A stretch of 64,000 nt of DNA from Podarcis pityusensis (taxonomy: Eukaryota), in assembly GCA_964106645.2 (NCBI GenBank), contig OZ067039.1, one strand, 5' to 3'. Positions 38,730-51,859 of the stretch are shown here, one piece after another; position 1 is the first letter of the stretch, and every line of letters begins with the position of its first letter. The translations under genes were made by a program, and so were the position numbers. The notes under the pieces are model-generated. The model was not told where the DNA came from and made no database searches. It was given only the letters and a program-made list of their open reading frames with translations.

Positions 38730-39534
38730 ACCTAGACAGAGAGGGGGGCCTGAGCAGGTTGAGGTGGAAGCAAGTGTTCCTTCAGGTACCCAGCCATGAA
38801 GATAAGCACCACCCACAATGTGTCAATGTCACTTTAATCTAGTTAAAGGAAAGCCTGGACCATTTCATGTGTTACATTTTGAAGTGTACACTTAAGATTG
38901 TGAGTGGAAAGCAATGTGTTGTCCTTGGCTCCAGCTCCCTATCGAGTATGAAAACTTCGTGGAACAGAACTCAGTTGTGGTTCTTTTTCCTTTCTCAGGA
39001 GTGAAACAGATATGCAACTGGCATGTAACTGACATCCAAAGTAGTACAGTTACGAATAAATACACTCATTCATTTGTTACGACAAAATAGCTTAGCCTGC
39101 CCAGTATTGCTGTCTTTAAGAGTGACCCAAGAAAAGTAATAGTGCCTTCTATCAATTCTGAAAGAACAGTACTGTTTGGAAGCATCCCTTTCACCTGGGG
39201 GTAAGGGAACCTGTACTGTCCCGTGTCTCGAAACAGATGCTCTTTATAGCCTTACTAACCATTCTGACCCAGATCTCAATTTGCCTCCACCATCCCCACT
39301 CTTCCCGATTTGGCAAGCATTAGAGTGAGTTACAGATATGAACGAACAAATGCTTGTGTTCACTATTCAGCGAGCATCCTTCAGCAGAGAACTTTGGAAC
39401 TTGTTGCTAGTCCAGGCAGCATGTACAGAGTACTCTACCGATGGTTTCTGACATTTGTTATTTGCGTTTTCAGCCTAGACCCATAGAAGAAAGGCCCGAC
39501 CCGCAGGTCTCTCGGATGCTCAGAAGATACTTAC

Positions 39535-39598
39535 TTCCCCCAGTGTGGTTTTTAACAGCAGTACCGTTGGTTCGTAGCCTTCACAGCAGGAATAAAAC
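39535..39598 (-). CDS. TBC1D24-like: TBC1D24-like exon (64 nt)
   Basis: FYSCCEGYEPTVLLLKTTLGE; ttgcag acceptor, GTAAGT donor. Confidence 0.92.
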
Positions 39599-40899
39599 CT
39601 GCAAGAAACAAAAATGGAAGAAGGATGAGCTAATGTCAGGGAAAGCAATCCCATTATAGCACTGAGGTGGAAGTCGAATGGACTGTGACCTGTCAGCACA
39701 GTACATTCTACTTTAGTGCATTACTAGGAAGCCTGGGGCAATGAAAGCATCAAGGTGAAAGCTAAACTGGCTTCCTGCATATTCATCCAGATCCACTGCA
39801 TGCTTTCCACGTTAAGAACAAGAGTCCTGCTGGATCAGGCCAAAGGCTCATGTAATCCACCCAAACTGCCTGTTGCACTCTATGCTCTTCTGTTTCTTCT
39901 TGGGCTGGACCCCATGATGCTTTGCGTCCTCCTGCCTGGGTTTGGGGGAGGATTTTCTGGATTAAGTCCACTGCTGGTGCAAGAAGAAGTAACGCAGGGA
40001 GGAGATGGGATGGCTCTGAGTTGCAACACTGATACTGCAAGGTCTCTGCAGAAGTTGGACGTAACTTCACCCCTTTGGTGTTTTCATGCATCACAGAGAA
40101 ATCTGTCTGTGCATCTCTTTTGATAGGTCTGGACGTTACTAGTTTAAATACCTGGAGGAATAGCAGTACGTAGTGACAGTCATCAATCTCCTTGTGCTTA
40201 CCACTGCTGTGTTAAACAGGCAGCCTTTGCAAACTCATAAAGGAGAGGTGGCAAAAACACTCCTCCGCTCATTTTCAGTATTGTTTAGGGATGTGTAATA
40301 ACAGGCAAGGCTGGCATGCTATGTGGAGTTTGAAGCCAGAATTTTTGCTCAGTGGTGCAGGTAATTGCTCAGATAAAATTTTAAGCACAACATAATCTCA
40401 GGGGTACATGCAGGATCTTGACATACGATTCCTAGGTCTGAAATCAGGCAGCTTAATTGTGATTGTGAAAGTATATTTCTTTGGATATGGGTGTGTCTTA
40501 ACTATTATTTGCCCCAGGACTGTGACACTGATCAGATATCTTCTGAGAGGGCAGGGGGCACTTTCACACTTCTACCAAGCAGACCATCTGGGCTGTTTTC
40601 TAACGAGATTTGCTGTTGTTACATGTGTCCCAGTGTACCTGGCCAGACTTCAATATTTACGTTCTTTTACTTTGGAAATGTCAATAGAAAATAGCTCTAG
40701 GCCTATCTCTTTGTAATGACAGAATGGCCAGGTGCTAGTATGAGATGCATGGCCTGCAAAGTGAGTCCTGGGAACTTTCCAAGGTAGTCATCACAAATTC
40801 ATGGTTGACCCTTCTGACATTAGCAGGCTGCATCCCTATAGCCACTTCTGCATGCACATTTTCAAAACAGCGGGGGGAGGCAGCAGCCTCCAAATGATC

Positions 40900-41142
40900 C
40901 ATGGAACAAATTTAAGCAGTCTTTCCCCTCGCTTATTTGTGTGTTGCGTCTTATGGAGCGAATGCAGGCTGCACAGCTATCCCAGAAGCCAGAACAGCAA
41001 AAGGGATTGCTGCTTTCACTGCATAGCGATCCCTCTTGCTGTTCTGGCTTCTGAGATTCAAAATATTTTTTTTCTTCTTTTCCTCCTCCAAAAACTAGGT
41101 GCGTCTTGTAGTCTGGTGCGTCTTATAGAGCAAAAAATATGG
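40900..41142. mobile_element. Partial Tc2-like MITE related to 4006-4430 (left limit approximate)
   Basis: Same terminal motif tcttatagagcaaaaaatatgg-TA and ggagcgaatgcaggct; internal hairpin. Confidence 0.6.
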
Positions 41143-41724
41143 TAAATGTTATCGGGCAGAAGCATAGGAACACTTCCTTTCCATCAGCCTGCAGCAGAGG
41201 AAGAGAAGGGAAGCAGGGCCACTCCAGAGAGATCAGCTCCATTTTGCTCCTTCTCTTCTTCAACTGTTTCCACCCCAACTGATCCTTATACAAACTTTAA
41301 AAACTGCTCCTGGAGTTTTCTTATTCCCTTTTTATCATGTTGTATCATGCTAGTCTGAGAGCACACACTATTATCGATCTCATGTCAGCTACCTTGGGAG
41401 CCCTTTTGGCTGAAGAAATGTTTTAAACAAACATTATCCCTATGGCAATTTCTGTGCAAAAAAAAATAATAATAATAATAATCATTGGGGCACATTCTCA
41501 CATTAATTCTTAAGCCTAGATAAATGCCCTGAATAATAAGCAACAGTCCAGCATCCTGTTCTCACAGTAGCCAACTAGTTGCTTCTAGGAAGCTCACAAG
41601 CAAAAGCTGAGTGCAACAGCAGTCTTCACACTTGTGATTCCCAGAAACTGGCATTCAGAGGCATACTGCCTCCAACAGATAACTTCTTCTTGTTGTTATT
41701 TATTAAATTTGTGTGCCTCCTTTC

Positions 41725-42425
41725 CAGGGCCAGATTTAGGTTTGATGAGGCCCTAAGCTACTGAAGGGATGCAGGTGGCACTGTGGGTTGAACCACAGAG
41801 TCTAGGGCTTGCCGATCAGAAGGTCGGTGGTTTGAATCCCCGTGACGGGATGAGATTGCTCGGTCCCTGCTCCTGCCAACCTAGCAGTTCGAAAGCACGT
41901 CAAAGTGCAAGTAGATAAATAGGTACCGCTCTGGTGGGAAGGTAAATGGCGTTTCCGTGCGCTGCTCTGGTTCACCAGAAGCGGCTTAGTCATGCTGGCC
42001 ACATGACCTGGAAGCTGTACGCCGGCTCCCTCGGCCAGTAAAGCGAGATGAGCACCGCGCCGCAACCCCAGAGTCGTCCGCGACTGGACCTAACAGTCAG
42101 GGATCCCTTTACCTTTTAAGCTACTGAAGGTAATGGGACCCTTTATATGTCCAACTGTCCTTTGTCAACAACAAATTGCCACTGTTTTTTTTGTGTTGAA
42201 TATTTTAGGGAGCAGGCTAGCAGGCGGGGCCCATTACTTACACATCATAGGAGCCTACACAACACAAAACACTGTTGCTGTATGTAGGTTTTATTTTATT
42301 TGTTTTTTATCTTATATTTTGGAAATGTACATCCAGGTTTTTTCCCCTTTACATTTTTTGGGGGCCCTCAAGAGAGTGGGGCCCTAAGCTATAGCTTGTT
42401 TAGCTTATACATAAATCTGGCACTG
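41725..42425. mobile_element. hAT-like MITE hosting a Sauria SINE
   Basis: TIR cagggccagattta / taaatctggcactg; degenerate 8-bp TSD. Confidence 0.65.
41766..42116 (+). mobile_element. Sauria SINE
   Basis: tRNA-like head, ACCTTT tail, TSD taagctactgaagg. Confidence 0.9.
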
Positions 42426-43067
42426 CTCCGTTTATCTGAAGGTCACAGGGTGGTTCACAACATAAAAATACAAAGTGAGAACACAAAATACATAATAAAC
42501 CCAAACCCAAAAGCAACGCACCATTCCAAGGCAAACTAACACACTTCACAGGATATTACCTCATTTCGTCCACAACCTTGAATTATTCCCCAAGCCTCAC
42601 TGAATGAACTAGCCCTGTTGTGGCTTGTAACCATTGATACCCATATCCATGAATTTTTTTCTCTTTTCCTTCTAAAGCCATCCAAATTAGTGGTCATTCC
42701 ATAGGTTAGCTATGCACTGTGCAAAGGATTGCCCTGAGTCTTCATTGGATAGTCCCAAGTCTTCTATGGAAGAGGGAGAAAAATCTCTCTCCACTGGTTT
42801 AGCTATGTACTATGTGAAGAAGTATTTCCTTTTATGCTTCTTGAAACTTCCCACATTCAGCTTCACTGGATGGCCCCAGGTTCTAGTATTATGAGAGATG
42901 AAAAAAAGCTTTTCTTCTCACCATGCATAATTTTATAAAACCACATCATGTCTCCCATTACTTGCCTTATAACTAAACTAAAAAGCCCCAAATGTTTTAA
43001 CCTTTCTGTTCATTTTCTTTATCCTGTTGAGAATTCTGATGGTTTGAAACTCACTGTGCAAACTTAC

Positions 43068-43226
43068 CTCTGCAAGCTGTATCCATTTTCTGAAGTTGAG
43101 AATATGCGGACAGGTGAGAACAAAGAAAATCGTTCAGGGATCCAGGACCAGACAACACGCATTTCCTGAGCAGTAACAATGGTGGAAGAGAAATTGTGGG
43201 CATTCACAGTGAGGTGAAATGGTTGC
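43068..43226 (-). CDS. TBC1D24-like: TBC1D24-like exon, start of TLDc (159 nt)
   Basis: QPFHLTVNAHNFSSTIVTAQEMRVVWSWIPERFSLFSPVRIFSTSENGYSLQ; AG/GTAAGT. Confidence 0.93.
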
Positions 43227-44190
43227 CTGTACAGCAGACGAGAGAAGGGGAAAATAATTAATCCTGTACTGTAAATAGCTCCATAGATCCCAATCCTGAG
43301 GACAAAGATTTTTCTTCCAAAGATACTGCTAACCAAACACACAGCCAGCTCTTCATATGTTATGTCCAATGGTAGTAGACATAACAGACTGTTGTGTCAG
43401 TTCCAAAGAATGAGATCCAAAATTAGTCAAGGCAATTACTTTTTCCTACCGTTGGAGAGAACGAATGCAACAATTGGCAATGTGATATAGATTAATTCTA
43501 AAGCAGCTGATTCAGAAATATCAATTTACCAATGCCATGTGCCTTTGTGCTTCCTAAACCCCTTTGTCACTTGGGACAATCCTGGTCCTTTTTGTGCTTC
43601 TACACTGAGGCCACAATCACACCATACTGTACATTTGAAGCACTATCAGTCATGATTCCCCCCCCAAAAGATTATGGGAGCTGTAATTAGTTAAAGGTGC
43701 TGAGAGTTGTTGGGAGAGTCCTGTTCCTCTCCCAGAGCTACTATTTCCAGAGTGGTTTAACAATCAATCCCCAGGGAACTCTGCAAATTGTAATTCTAGA
43801 AAGGGAATAGGGGGCTGCTATCAACTTTCAGCACCTTTAACAAACTACAGCTCCCAGAATTCTTTAGTCGCAGGTCAGGACTGTTTAAAGTGGGGACCAC
43901 AGTGCTAGCAGGAAAAAAATCTGTATGAGATTATCCTATGGAGATTGAATGTCTCTGGTCATCTGTAGCTGTACTGTGTAGTGCTCTGTAATTGACTTAG
44001 CCGTAGTGTTTGGTGACGTCCTTCTCAAAAGAGAATGTGCAATATCTAAAGCAGAGTTGGAAGGGACCATGAGGGTCCTCTAGTCCAACCCCCTGCAATG
44101 CAGGAATCTTTTGAACCCACAACCTTGAGATTAAGAGTCTCATGTTCTACTGACTGATCTAACTGGATGATGCCTCATGGCCTTTTGTAC

Positions 44191-45223
44191 CTGTGCTGCA
44201 CTGCGGTCACTCCTTTCTCCACTAATGCCTTCCTGTTAGCCATTTGAAGGAGCCAGATTTCTTTGCGGGAGAAAAGCCGGATGCTGAACGCCTTTTCCAG
44301 AAGCTTGTCGGTGGTCATGTGCTCACGAATGCCCTGCATGAAACGCCACAAGCTCCCTTTGATATCCACCACCTCCAAGCCTTGCGAAGCCACGGACAGC
44401 TGGAACTGCTTGAGCAGGGCCAGCGCGATCCGGTAGAGGACTTTCTGCCCCTCCAGAAGGTACACGTCAAAAATGCGGATGACATAATCAAATGGGAGGC
44501 CATCGAAAAGCCAGACCAGCCAGTCGGAATACACCTCAAATATGTTGTCCGATGAGCTCGCTATCAGGCGGTGGGCAGCTGGGCAGTGTTTGTTGGCCAG
44601 GTCCCCAAAGGTCATGCATGAAGCCTCGTGGGTGAGGAAGGAGTGGTCAATGTAGGAGGTGTGGGGAGCATTGCAGTAGAGGAGCCGGCAAGTGTCCTCA
44701 AAGCACTGGCCCTCGCCTTGGCTGTAATGGAGCATCAGGGCAGTCACAGCGGGAAGCAGGGGGCAGTAGGTGATGTCGGGGTATAGGCTGGAAATGCAGA
44801 TGAGTATCCTTTTCACTGCAGTTACCCCTTCTTCAGAGAGGCAGTATTCGGGCATGATGCTTCCTTCCAGGAATTCAGGTAATGGGTCAAAGCTCTCGTT
44901 CGGGGCTTCAAACAGCTTGCTGGCAACATCTCTGTAGACTTCAGCGTCAGGGGTCATGAGCCTGCACGGTATGTGCTGGATCACATGCTGATAAGCCTGC
45001 GCCCTCAGAGCGTGACTTCCTGCCCAGCGCCCCTCCCTCCCCAGTTTTTTGAGCTCCTTCATAGACTTGCCAAACAGGTGCTCCTGACTGTCCTGCTGTT
45101 CGTTCAGCTTGGGCATCTTGTTCTGGTCCACAAATTTGCTACAGCGTAAGCAGGAGGCTGCGTCCATGTCCATCGCAACCACCAAAGGGATTTGCAAGGA
45201 GGCCTTAGATAGATCGGTGGTCT
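44191..45223 (-). CDS. TBC1D24-like: TBC1D24-like paralog, large TBC-domain exon (internal Kozak ATG at 45173)
   Basis: FVDQNKM..ELKKLGREGRWAGSHALR..IPCRLMTPDAEVY..SCMTFGDLANKHC..EGQKVLYRIAL..LLEKAFSIRLFSRKEI aligns with recalled TBC1D24; acceptor tgcttttgctccacag; donor AG|GTACAA. Confidence 0.92.
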
Positions 45224-45544
45224 CTGTGGAGCAAAAGCACCATGGTTCAGCATGATTCACATCTCACCATTGGGCAGATTGCTTAAACTGTTCCTGACAA
45301 CCATGGGTGAAAAGCACTGGGATTTTATCCGGTCTCTTGGGAGTTGCAACCACAGACAATTCCCACTTAAAATTTAAACACAAGCACCGGTCATAGTTAT
45401 CACTTGTCACCTCACAGGCTTTCATTTAGTCTTCTAGGTATTTGGGGATGCTTCCATCTCTCATGTAAATCAAAGCTATTTGCTCATCATTAGTTATAAA
45501 GGTAGAACAACAAAACATTTAAATGTGAGTAAGCATAGAACATA

Positions 45545-45901
45545 GGGACGTGGGTGGCGCTGTGGGTTAAACCACAGAGCCTAGGGCTTGCCGATCAGAA
45601 GGTCGGCGGTTCGAATCCCCGCGGCGGGGTGAGCTCCCATTGCTCTGTTCCAGCTCCTGCCAACCTAACAGTTCGAAAGCACATCAGAGGGCAAGTAGAT
45701 AAATAGGTACTGCTGTGGCGGGAAGGTAAACGGCGTTTCCGTGTGCTGCTCTGGTTTGCCAGAAGCGGCTTAGTCATGCTGGCCACATGACCCGGAAGCT
45801 GTACGCCGGCTCCCTCGGCCAATAAAGCCAGATGAGCGCCACAACCCCAGAGTCGGTCACGACTGGACCTAATGGTCAGGGGTCCCTTTACCTTTACCTT
45901 T
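45545..45901 (+). mobile_element. Sauria SINE
   Basis: gggacgtgggtggcgctgtggg head; (ACCTTT)n tail; TSD taagcataga. Confidence 0.9.
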
Positions 45902-47666
45902 AAGCATAGAGCAAGGGTGGTGGACCTCAGGCCTGGTGGGCTGAATGTGGCCCTTCAAGTCTCTCTGTCTGGTCCTTGGGACTCTCTCAAAGCCATACCC
46001 ACCATTAGCCTTGCTTCCCACCCTCCTTGAGTGTTTTTGCCAGGCTGGAACGTGTCTTTTAACTCTTTACTTCCTTGGGTGGAGCAGAGATAAAGGGTGT
46101 GAGAGTGTGTGTAGAAACTAGCCTACTGTCCAAGGGTAAAACTTCCATTCATTGCCCCACCCATGTTTGCCTCTGGCCTTGCTCAGCAATGGCACGCGGC
46201 CCCCAGAAGGTAATGTGGCCCTTGGGCTGAAAAGGGGTTTCCAATCCCTGGCACAGAGAATGTAGATCCATATACACATTATGCAACATATAAACATAGG
46301 CTTGTTGGTTAGGAAATCAAAATCATTAGGCATTGTTAGAATGAATAAATGGTATTCTAAAACTGATTTATAAACCACACTTTATCTTAAAGTGGTACGA
46401 AAAGGCAAAAGGAACTATTTGCATAGCAACAGGATTTTCAAAGTGCATTTTCCCAGACTGTATTTGGAGCCTAAAATCACCCAAGTAGGGAGTTCGGGAA
46501 CCTAGGAAGTATTCCATAGGCTTCCTCCAGAAAGCTTCAACTCCATTTAGATCTGAAATCAGAATCTCCTAATGTGAAATTGTTGGCATGGGCAAAAGGG
46601 TATCCACCTGCTTGATGATATGGGCCGTTCAATGTTCTAGAGGCAGACTTTTGAAAAGCCAATCAAGGAGCGAATAATATCATGCAATCTGAGCCAGGCA
46701 ACTGCATCTTCTTCAAGTAACAAGGTAGATTATCATTTAAATGAGAGAGAGGTGGGGACAGGCAGGCAGGCAGGCAGGCAATTAATAACCACTTCCTGGG
46801 AAGGCCTCCTCAGGAGAAAAGAGATGCCATGCCTGCAGCTGCAGATGACAGCCATAAAATAAACAGATGGGTTACTTTGCTGATTCTCCCCATGATGGAG
46901 TTTAGGGCTTTCTAAAATTGAAGATAGAACGTAAAACCAGTGAAACGTTAGAAATCATGGTGAATATAGGTCACATTAATCACAGTGTGTTTAATACTTA
47001 ATTGATCCTGCTTCCTGATCTGCTAAAACATAAGTAATAAAATAAAATTTAGGTTGGAATGCCCCATGCAATGTATTGTTAAATAATGTATACAGCTTTC
47101 TGTGTCTGTTAGCTATCAGGGTTGTCAAACTTTTTGTTTGCCTGGGTATCTTGCTGTAGATATCTGGATTGTGAAACATTGCAGTTAGAGCAAGGAGGCT
47201 ACTTTTATAGCGTTGCAGTATTTATGTGATGTGTGTGAATGCAATGATGTAAGAACATAAGAGCCCTGCCAGTTCAGGCCAATGGCCCATCTAGTCCAGC
47301 ATGCTGTTTTTACAGTGGCCAACCAGATGTCTGTGGGAAGCTAAACACAAGACCTAAATGCAGCAGCACTCTCCCCTCCTATGGTTTCAAGTAACTAGTA
47401 TTCAGAAGCATACAATGAAAGCATATCCTAGTCACAGTGGCTAGTAACTTTATGTTCCATCAATTTATCTAATCCTCTTTTTATTTCCATCTAAGTTGAT
47501 GACCATCTACATCCCAACACTGCTTCCCATGGGTGTTTATTCCATAATTTAACCATGTTCTTCTAGATTCAGGTACGTAGCCGTGTTGGTCAGATGCTGT
47601 TAAAATAATTTTTTTAAAAAAAATGTCCAGTAGCACCTTAGAGACCAACTAAATTTGTTCTGGGTA

Positions 47667-47892
47667 CAGTGGTACCTCAGGTTAAGAACTTAGTTCATTC
47701 TGGAGGTCTGTTCTTAACCTGAAACTGTTCTTAACCTGAGGTACCACTTTAGCTAATGGGGCCTCCCGCTGCCACCATGCCACCACCGTGCAATTCCTGT
47801 TCTCATCCTGAAGCAAAGTTCTTAACCAGAGGTACTATTTCTGGGTTAGCAGAGTCTGTAACCTGAAGCGTCTGTAACCCGAGGTACCACGG
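47667..47892. mobile_element. Tigger/pogo-like MITE inserted in a Penelope-like fragment
   Basis: TA flanks; interrupts gttctgggTAtaagctt of the host repeat. Confidence 0.8.
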
Positions 47893-47956
47893 TATAAGCT
47901 TTTGTGTGCATGCACACTTCTTCATATACCTTAGAGACCAACTAAGTTTGTTCTGG

Positions 47957-47993
47957 GTATAAGCTTTCGTGTGTATGCACACTTCTTCAGATA
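47957..47993 (-). ncRNA. Minimal type I hammerhead ribozyme (Penelope-associated)
   Basis: Minus strand UAU-CUGAAGA-A-GUGUG(CAUA)CACAC-GAAA-GCUU-AUAC: conserved core, stem II, palindromic mini stem III. Confidence 0.65.
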
Positions 47994-49430
47994 ACTATGT
48001 GTTGTGTAGCATATATTTGCATTTTGCTTTTCTACACCCAAGAGCACAAGATTGTGTATGTTTTCCTCCCCTCCCCATTTTACATTTGCAACGGCCCTCT
48101 AAATTAGGCTAGGTTACATTAATCTATCTGCCTAAGCAGCAGTTCTTGTCAATAGATTGGGGGTTGGGATGCAGGGACCCTAATCCCTATACAGTATACT
48201 GTTTACAGGAAATTCTGTTGACATCTCTGATGACATGATAGAGTAAGAACTTGCATGTTTTTACCAAAATCTGTTCCGAATAGCATGCCTCCAAGAATGG
48301 CTGCCCAGGTCCTAATGCTATTCACCCCTGCATTAGGTTTAGAAGATACATTGGCAAGAGTAATTCCCAAAGCACCTTAGAGGCTGAATAGTTAAAGCTG
48401 AAATATACTGGGAGTGATATCACTGTGATTTTGCATGGTCCTGCAGGTGGGAGAGATAACAGTTCAGTGCACACTTGCTGTTGTAGGTTTGGAGTTGATA
48501 AGGTCCAGAACTGTTTTCCCAGAATCCTTCATAATGGCTGCAAGTTAAACTGTGCTAATGCTTAGCATTCAGTTAACACCTGTCGCCTAACAATTTATAG
48601 CATTGTTATATTATTAATTTGTACTGCAGAGATGCTACAGAAATAGAAATGCCAGAACAGAAACACGGGTGTCAGCTGCAATGGCTCATTGCTTGGGGAA
48701 AGAAGGGGGGGGGGAGAGTAGCGAGTGACAATCAAATGCAAAAAACCATCTGGAAGTTGTTGCTCTCCTCAGAGCTGAAAAGGGTGGTGTTAGTTTGGAG
48801 CCCTGATTGCAGTTACAGAGTCTGTAGCTATGGTTTCCCCACATGATGGGTCTCAGGCACTTAACAAAGTAATGTTAATGTATTTAATCCCTGGCTTTTT
48901 ATTTCTAGCCTGGGTATGTAATATCCTTCAGGGTCTGGGAAAGTGACACACTCCAGTTCACTGGTGTCTGCAGGAATATTTTAGGTGGAGGGGGGTGTAT
49001 ACATGCATACAGAACTAACATCAAAGAACATGTCTACCATTTCTGATAGATCTGGTGACAAATAGTCATTGAAGCTGGATAGGCCTGGCCTCTAAGAAAC
49101 TTATGCACCATGTCTACGGCCATCTCTCTCTCTAAATGGCTAGACCTTCTGTCTATGTCTGGCATCTAGATAACATCCTTCCACCAACAACTGAAACTTT
49201 TCCCCCTAGCTCCCTTCACCCCTGTAACTTTAATTAATTTCTCAGCTGCTACAACCAATTTCACAGTCCATCCTGCATTTCCCTTTAGGAGCAACAAACC
49301 AGAATAACAACAGCGGGGTTGTCATACAACACTCTTAACTTCGCCGTCCCTCCAGTAAAGTGGGTAAAGCAACACTGGGTGCAGGACTGATACAAACCAT
49401 ATCCTCTCAACCTCCCCACACCCAGCAATA

Positions 49431-49670
49431 CAGTGGTACCTCAGGTTAAGAACTTAATTTGTTCTGGAGGTCCGTTCTTAACCTGAAACTGTTTTTAACC
49501 TGAGGTACCACTTTAGCTAATGGGGCCTCCTGCAACTGCCGCGCCGCCGGAGCACGATTTCTGTTCTCATCCTGAAGCAAAGTTCTTAACCTGAGGTACT
49601 ATTTCTGGGTTAGCAGAGTCTAACCTGAAGCGTCTGTAACCTGAAGCATCTGTAACCCGAGGTACCACTG
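49431..49670. mobile_element. Tigger/pogo-like MITE
   Basis: TA-cagtggtacctcaggtta ... taacccgaggtaccactg-TA. Confidence 0.8.
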
Positions 49671-51669
49671 TATGGGTATAATAATGATGGATTTCTCTGC
49701 ATCGGGAAGGTTTTGTCTTTCGTTCTTACAAGTTTCAGGGAGGGGGAGAATCACGTCTTAAATATGCATTTTATGCTGTGCACTGCTCTGACATCTTTGG
49801 ATGAAGGGTGGTATCAGGCGCGCCATTTTGGCCTCACGACAGTGAGTGCCTGGGGCATGCTGATATCATCACAGTGTGCCTATGTAGTGTTGGCACACCC
49901 TGCAGCAAGAGCACAAGACATCAGCATGACCCGCAGCATGCTGACATCACTCACACACGTAACGGGGGCGTGCCAATGTCACATGCACAGGCCCTGTGGT
50001 ATGCTCACTCCGTGGAGTGGAACCTTGAGGGGGGAGGCCTTCATTAAAAAATTGTAGGTACCTGGGCACCCAGTGTTCCACATAAGTCAGTGCTTATGGG
50101 TGGTATACAAATTTAAAACAAACAAACAAGCTGGAGTTAGAAAATTCATAAATGCAGTTACGTTATCATCCTGGATTTCTGAGCTTCATTCTATGGGGCA
50201 GCAATGACATTTTCACCAGGGAAGACACACACAGACACACCTTAAAATGAACCAAGGAGTATGTCACATTCTCTTTCTCTAATTGGCTAGATCTACTTTG
50301 CATTATAATGGGACTGGCCCTGTTCTTATCACTTGGAAAGCGGGGAGCAGGTCAGAATATAGAAACCAAAGAACTGAGAGCAAGAAAGAAATGAAGAAAA
50401 AAGGCTTGCATCTGTGGTGGGAGAGTGGGGGCGGTCCTTACGTATTACTGGGATACGCCATATGGAAAGTCCTGGGAACAAAGAAGTTACATGGCAAAGG
50501 AAATCATATACAAAAGGCAAGGTAAACAAAACATGTTGGAGAAAATGGATCAAGAGATAAAAGAACCTACTGGAGAGGCTAAACTGTGCCAGGGAAGGTC
50601 ATTATAGTTGTCTACAGACCCGAGGTGTGCCTAAAACTCCTGCATTAGATGAAAACCTCTGAAATTAAATGTGTGCTGTGGGCAAGTTCTTTAGCTCTGC
50701 TGTTGAAGTTGAGTCCCCCTGGGGGAAATACTGTGCAATTGCTAAAAAGAGTTAGTTAACGATGACCTAAGAGTAGTTGGAGGGAATGTTTTCAATTTCT
50801 GGAAAATTGTGGCTTCATCAGTAACTGAAACTTATGGTTAAGTGTTTTTAGGAGGTGTTGTTGTCTTTTAACAGCACATGGATAAATAAATATATCTCAG
50901 ATAACATTATGTTCTGCAGCTTGTGCTGTTCTGTAGTTAGGATTTGCTTTTTAAACTATGTTAGTAAAGCTAGCTTATACAACAGAAAGCTTCCTGCTTG
51001 TGCCATAGCTACATGCCTTGCCTCTATCCAGAAATAAGGGCCTGGTTAGACTGAAGCTGTGTACACACTGTCATTTCTTGGGAAATGCTGCTATTTGATT
51101 CATTTCCTCCAAGCCAGCTTCAATCTGAATTATGAAAAAGAACGACTAGCTTTTTAAACTGATAAATGCATACACAAGCTGAATTGCTGAAAGTCTTGCT
51201 TTCTTTAGTACAGTACATTGTAACCCTATTGTGCAAATAAAACATGCATAATAAAAAAAATGAAATGAAACAGGAACAGCCTGTAAATGCATGCTTCCCT
51301 CCGTCTAGAACATCTCAGGGAGCATGCTAAATTGAGGGCCTGGAGCTTTAAAGCTGTATGTAGTTGCTGGGTTGCTGTATGTAGTTCAGGTGTGGAAAAC
51401 CTGTGGCCACACTGTTTGTGTACTAGCCCTCGGAAGAGAACAGACATCGGGTCTACCCCAGCCAAATGCAAAACCTTGCAATACCTGGATCTAATGCACT
51501 ATTACAACTAACTACTTGTTAAGAGCAAATAACACTTCCATCCAGGTGAACAGCTTGTTAGCCTGGGCTGCTCAAGCCACCTTCTGGTATATAGATACAA
51601 GTAAAATCTAGGCTGACTCTCTACTTTCCCCCCCCTGATGATCTGCAAGGTTGATTGGAGATGTCTTAC

Positions 51670-51859
51670 CTTGTGTGGTCTCCAGGTTGCCTTGCTTTAG
51701 CTCACCCATCATGGTGTTTGCTGTTTTCCTTGCCCTTGCTTTGTCCAAAGGGACATCTGCTCTGGGGGGCCCAGTGGGGCTGGTATAACTCAGCCCAATC
51801 TGCAGCATCCCTTGTCCTTGCTCGAATGACCTGGTTGAAGCTTTGCTCCTGTGCCTCAT
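51670..51859 (-). CDS. Candidate upstream coding exon of the TBC1D24-like gene (63 aa N-terminal extension)
   Basis: ATG-initiated open frame ending at a strong donor CAAG|GTAAGA in phase 1, which joins in frame to the acceptor at 45223 (G+AG = Glu); no recognisable homology. Confidence 0.45.

Larger units (their letters stand above)
47565..47993 (-). mobile_element. Penelope-like element terminal fragment with tandem repeat
   Basis: Direct repeat accttagagaccaactaa.tttgttctgggtataagcttt.gtgtg.atgcacacttcttca; contains a hammerhead core. Confidence 0.65.

Noticed and set aside
41766-41850. tRNA-like A/B boxes here and at 45545, 56695 and about 28390
   Set aside because: SINE heads, not tRNA genes
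45224-45260. N-terminus MNHAEPWCFCST of ORF-track entry 44175-45260
   Set aside because: Starts at GTG with an in-frame TGA two codons upstream and overlaps the polypyrimidine tract and acceptor, so it is intronic
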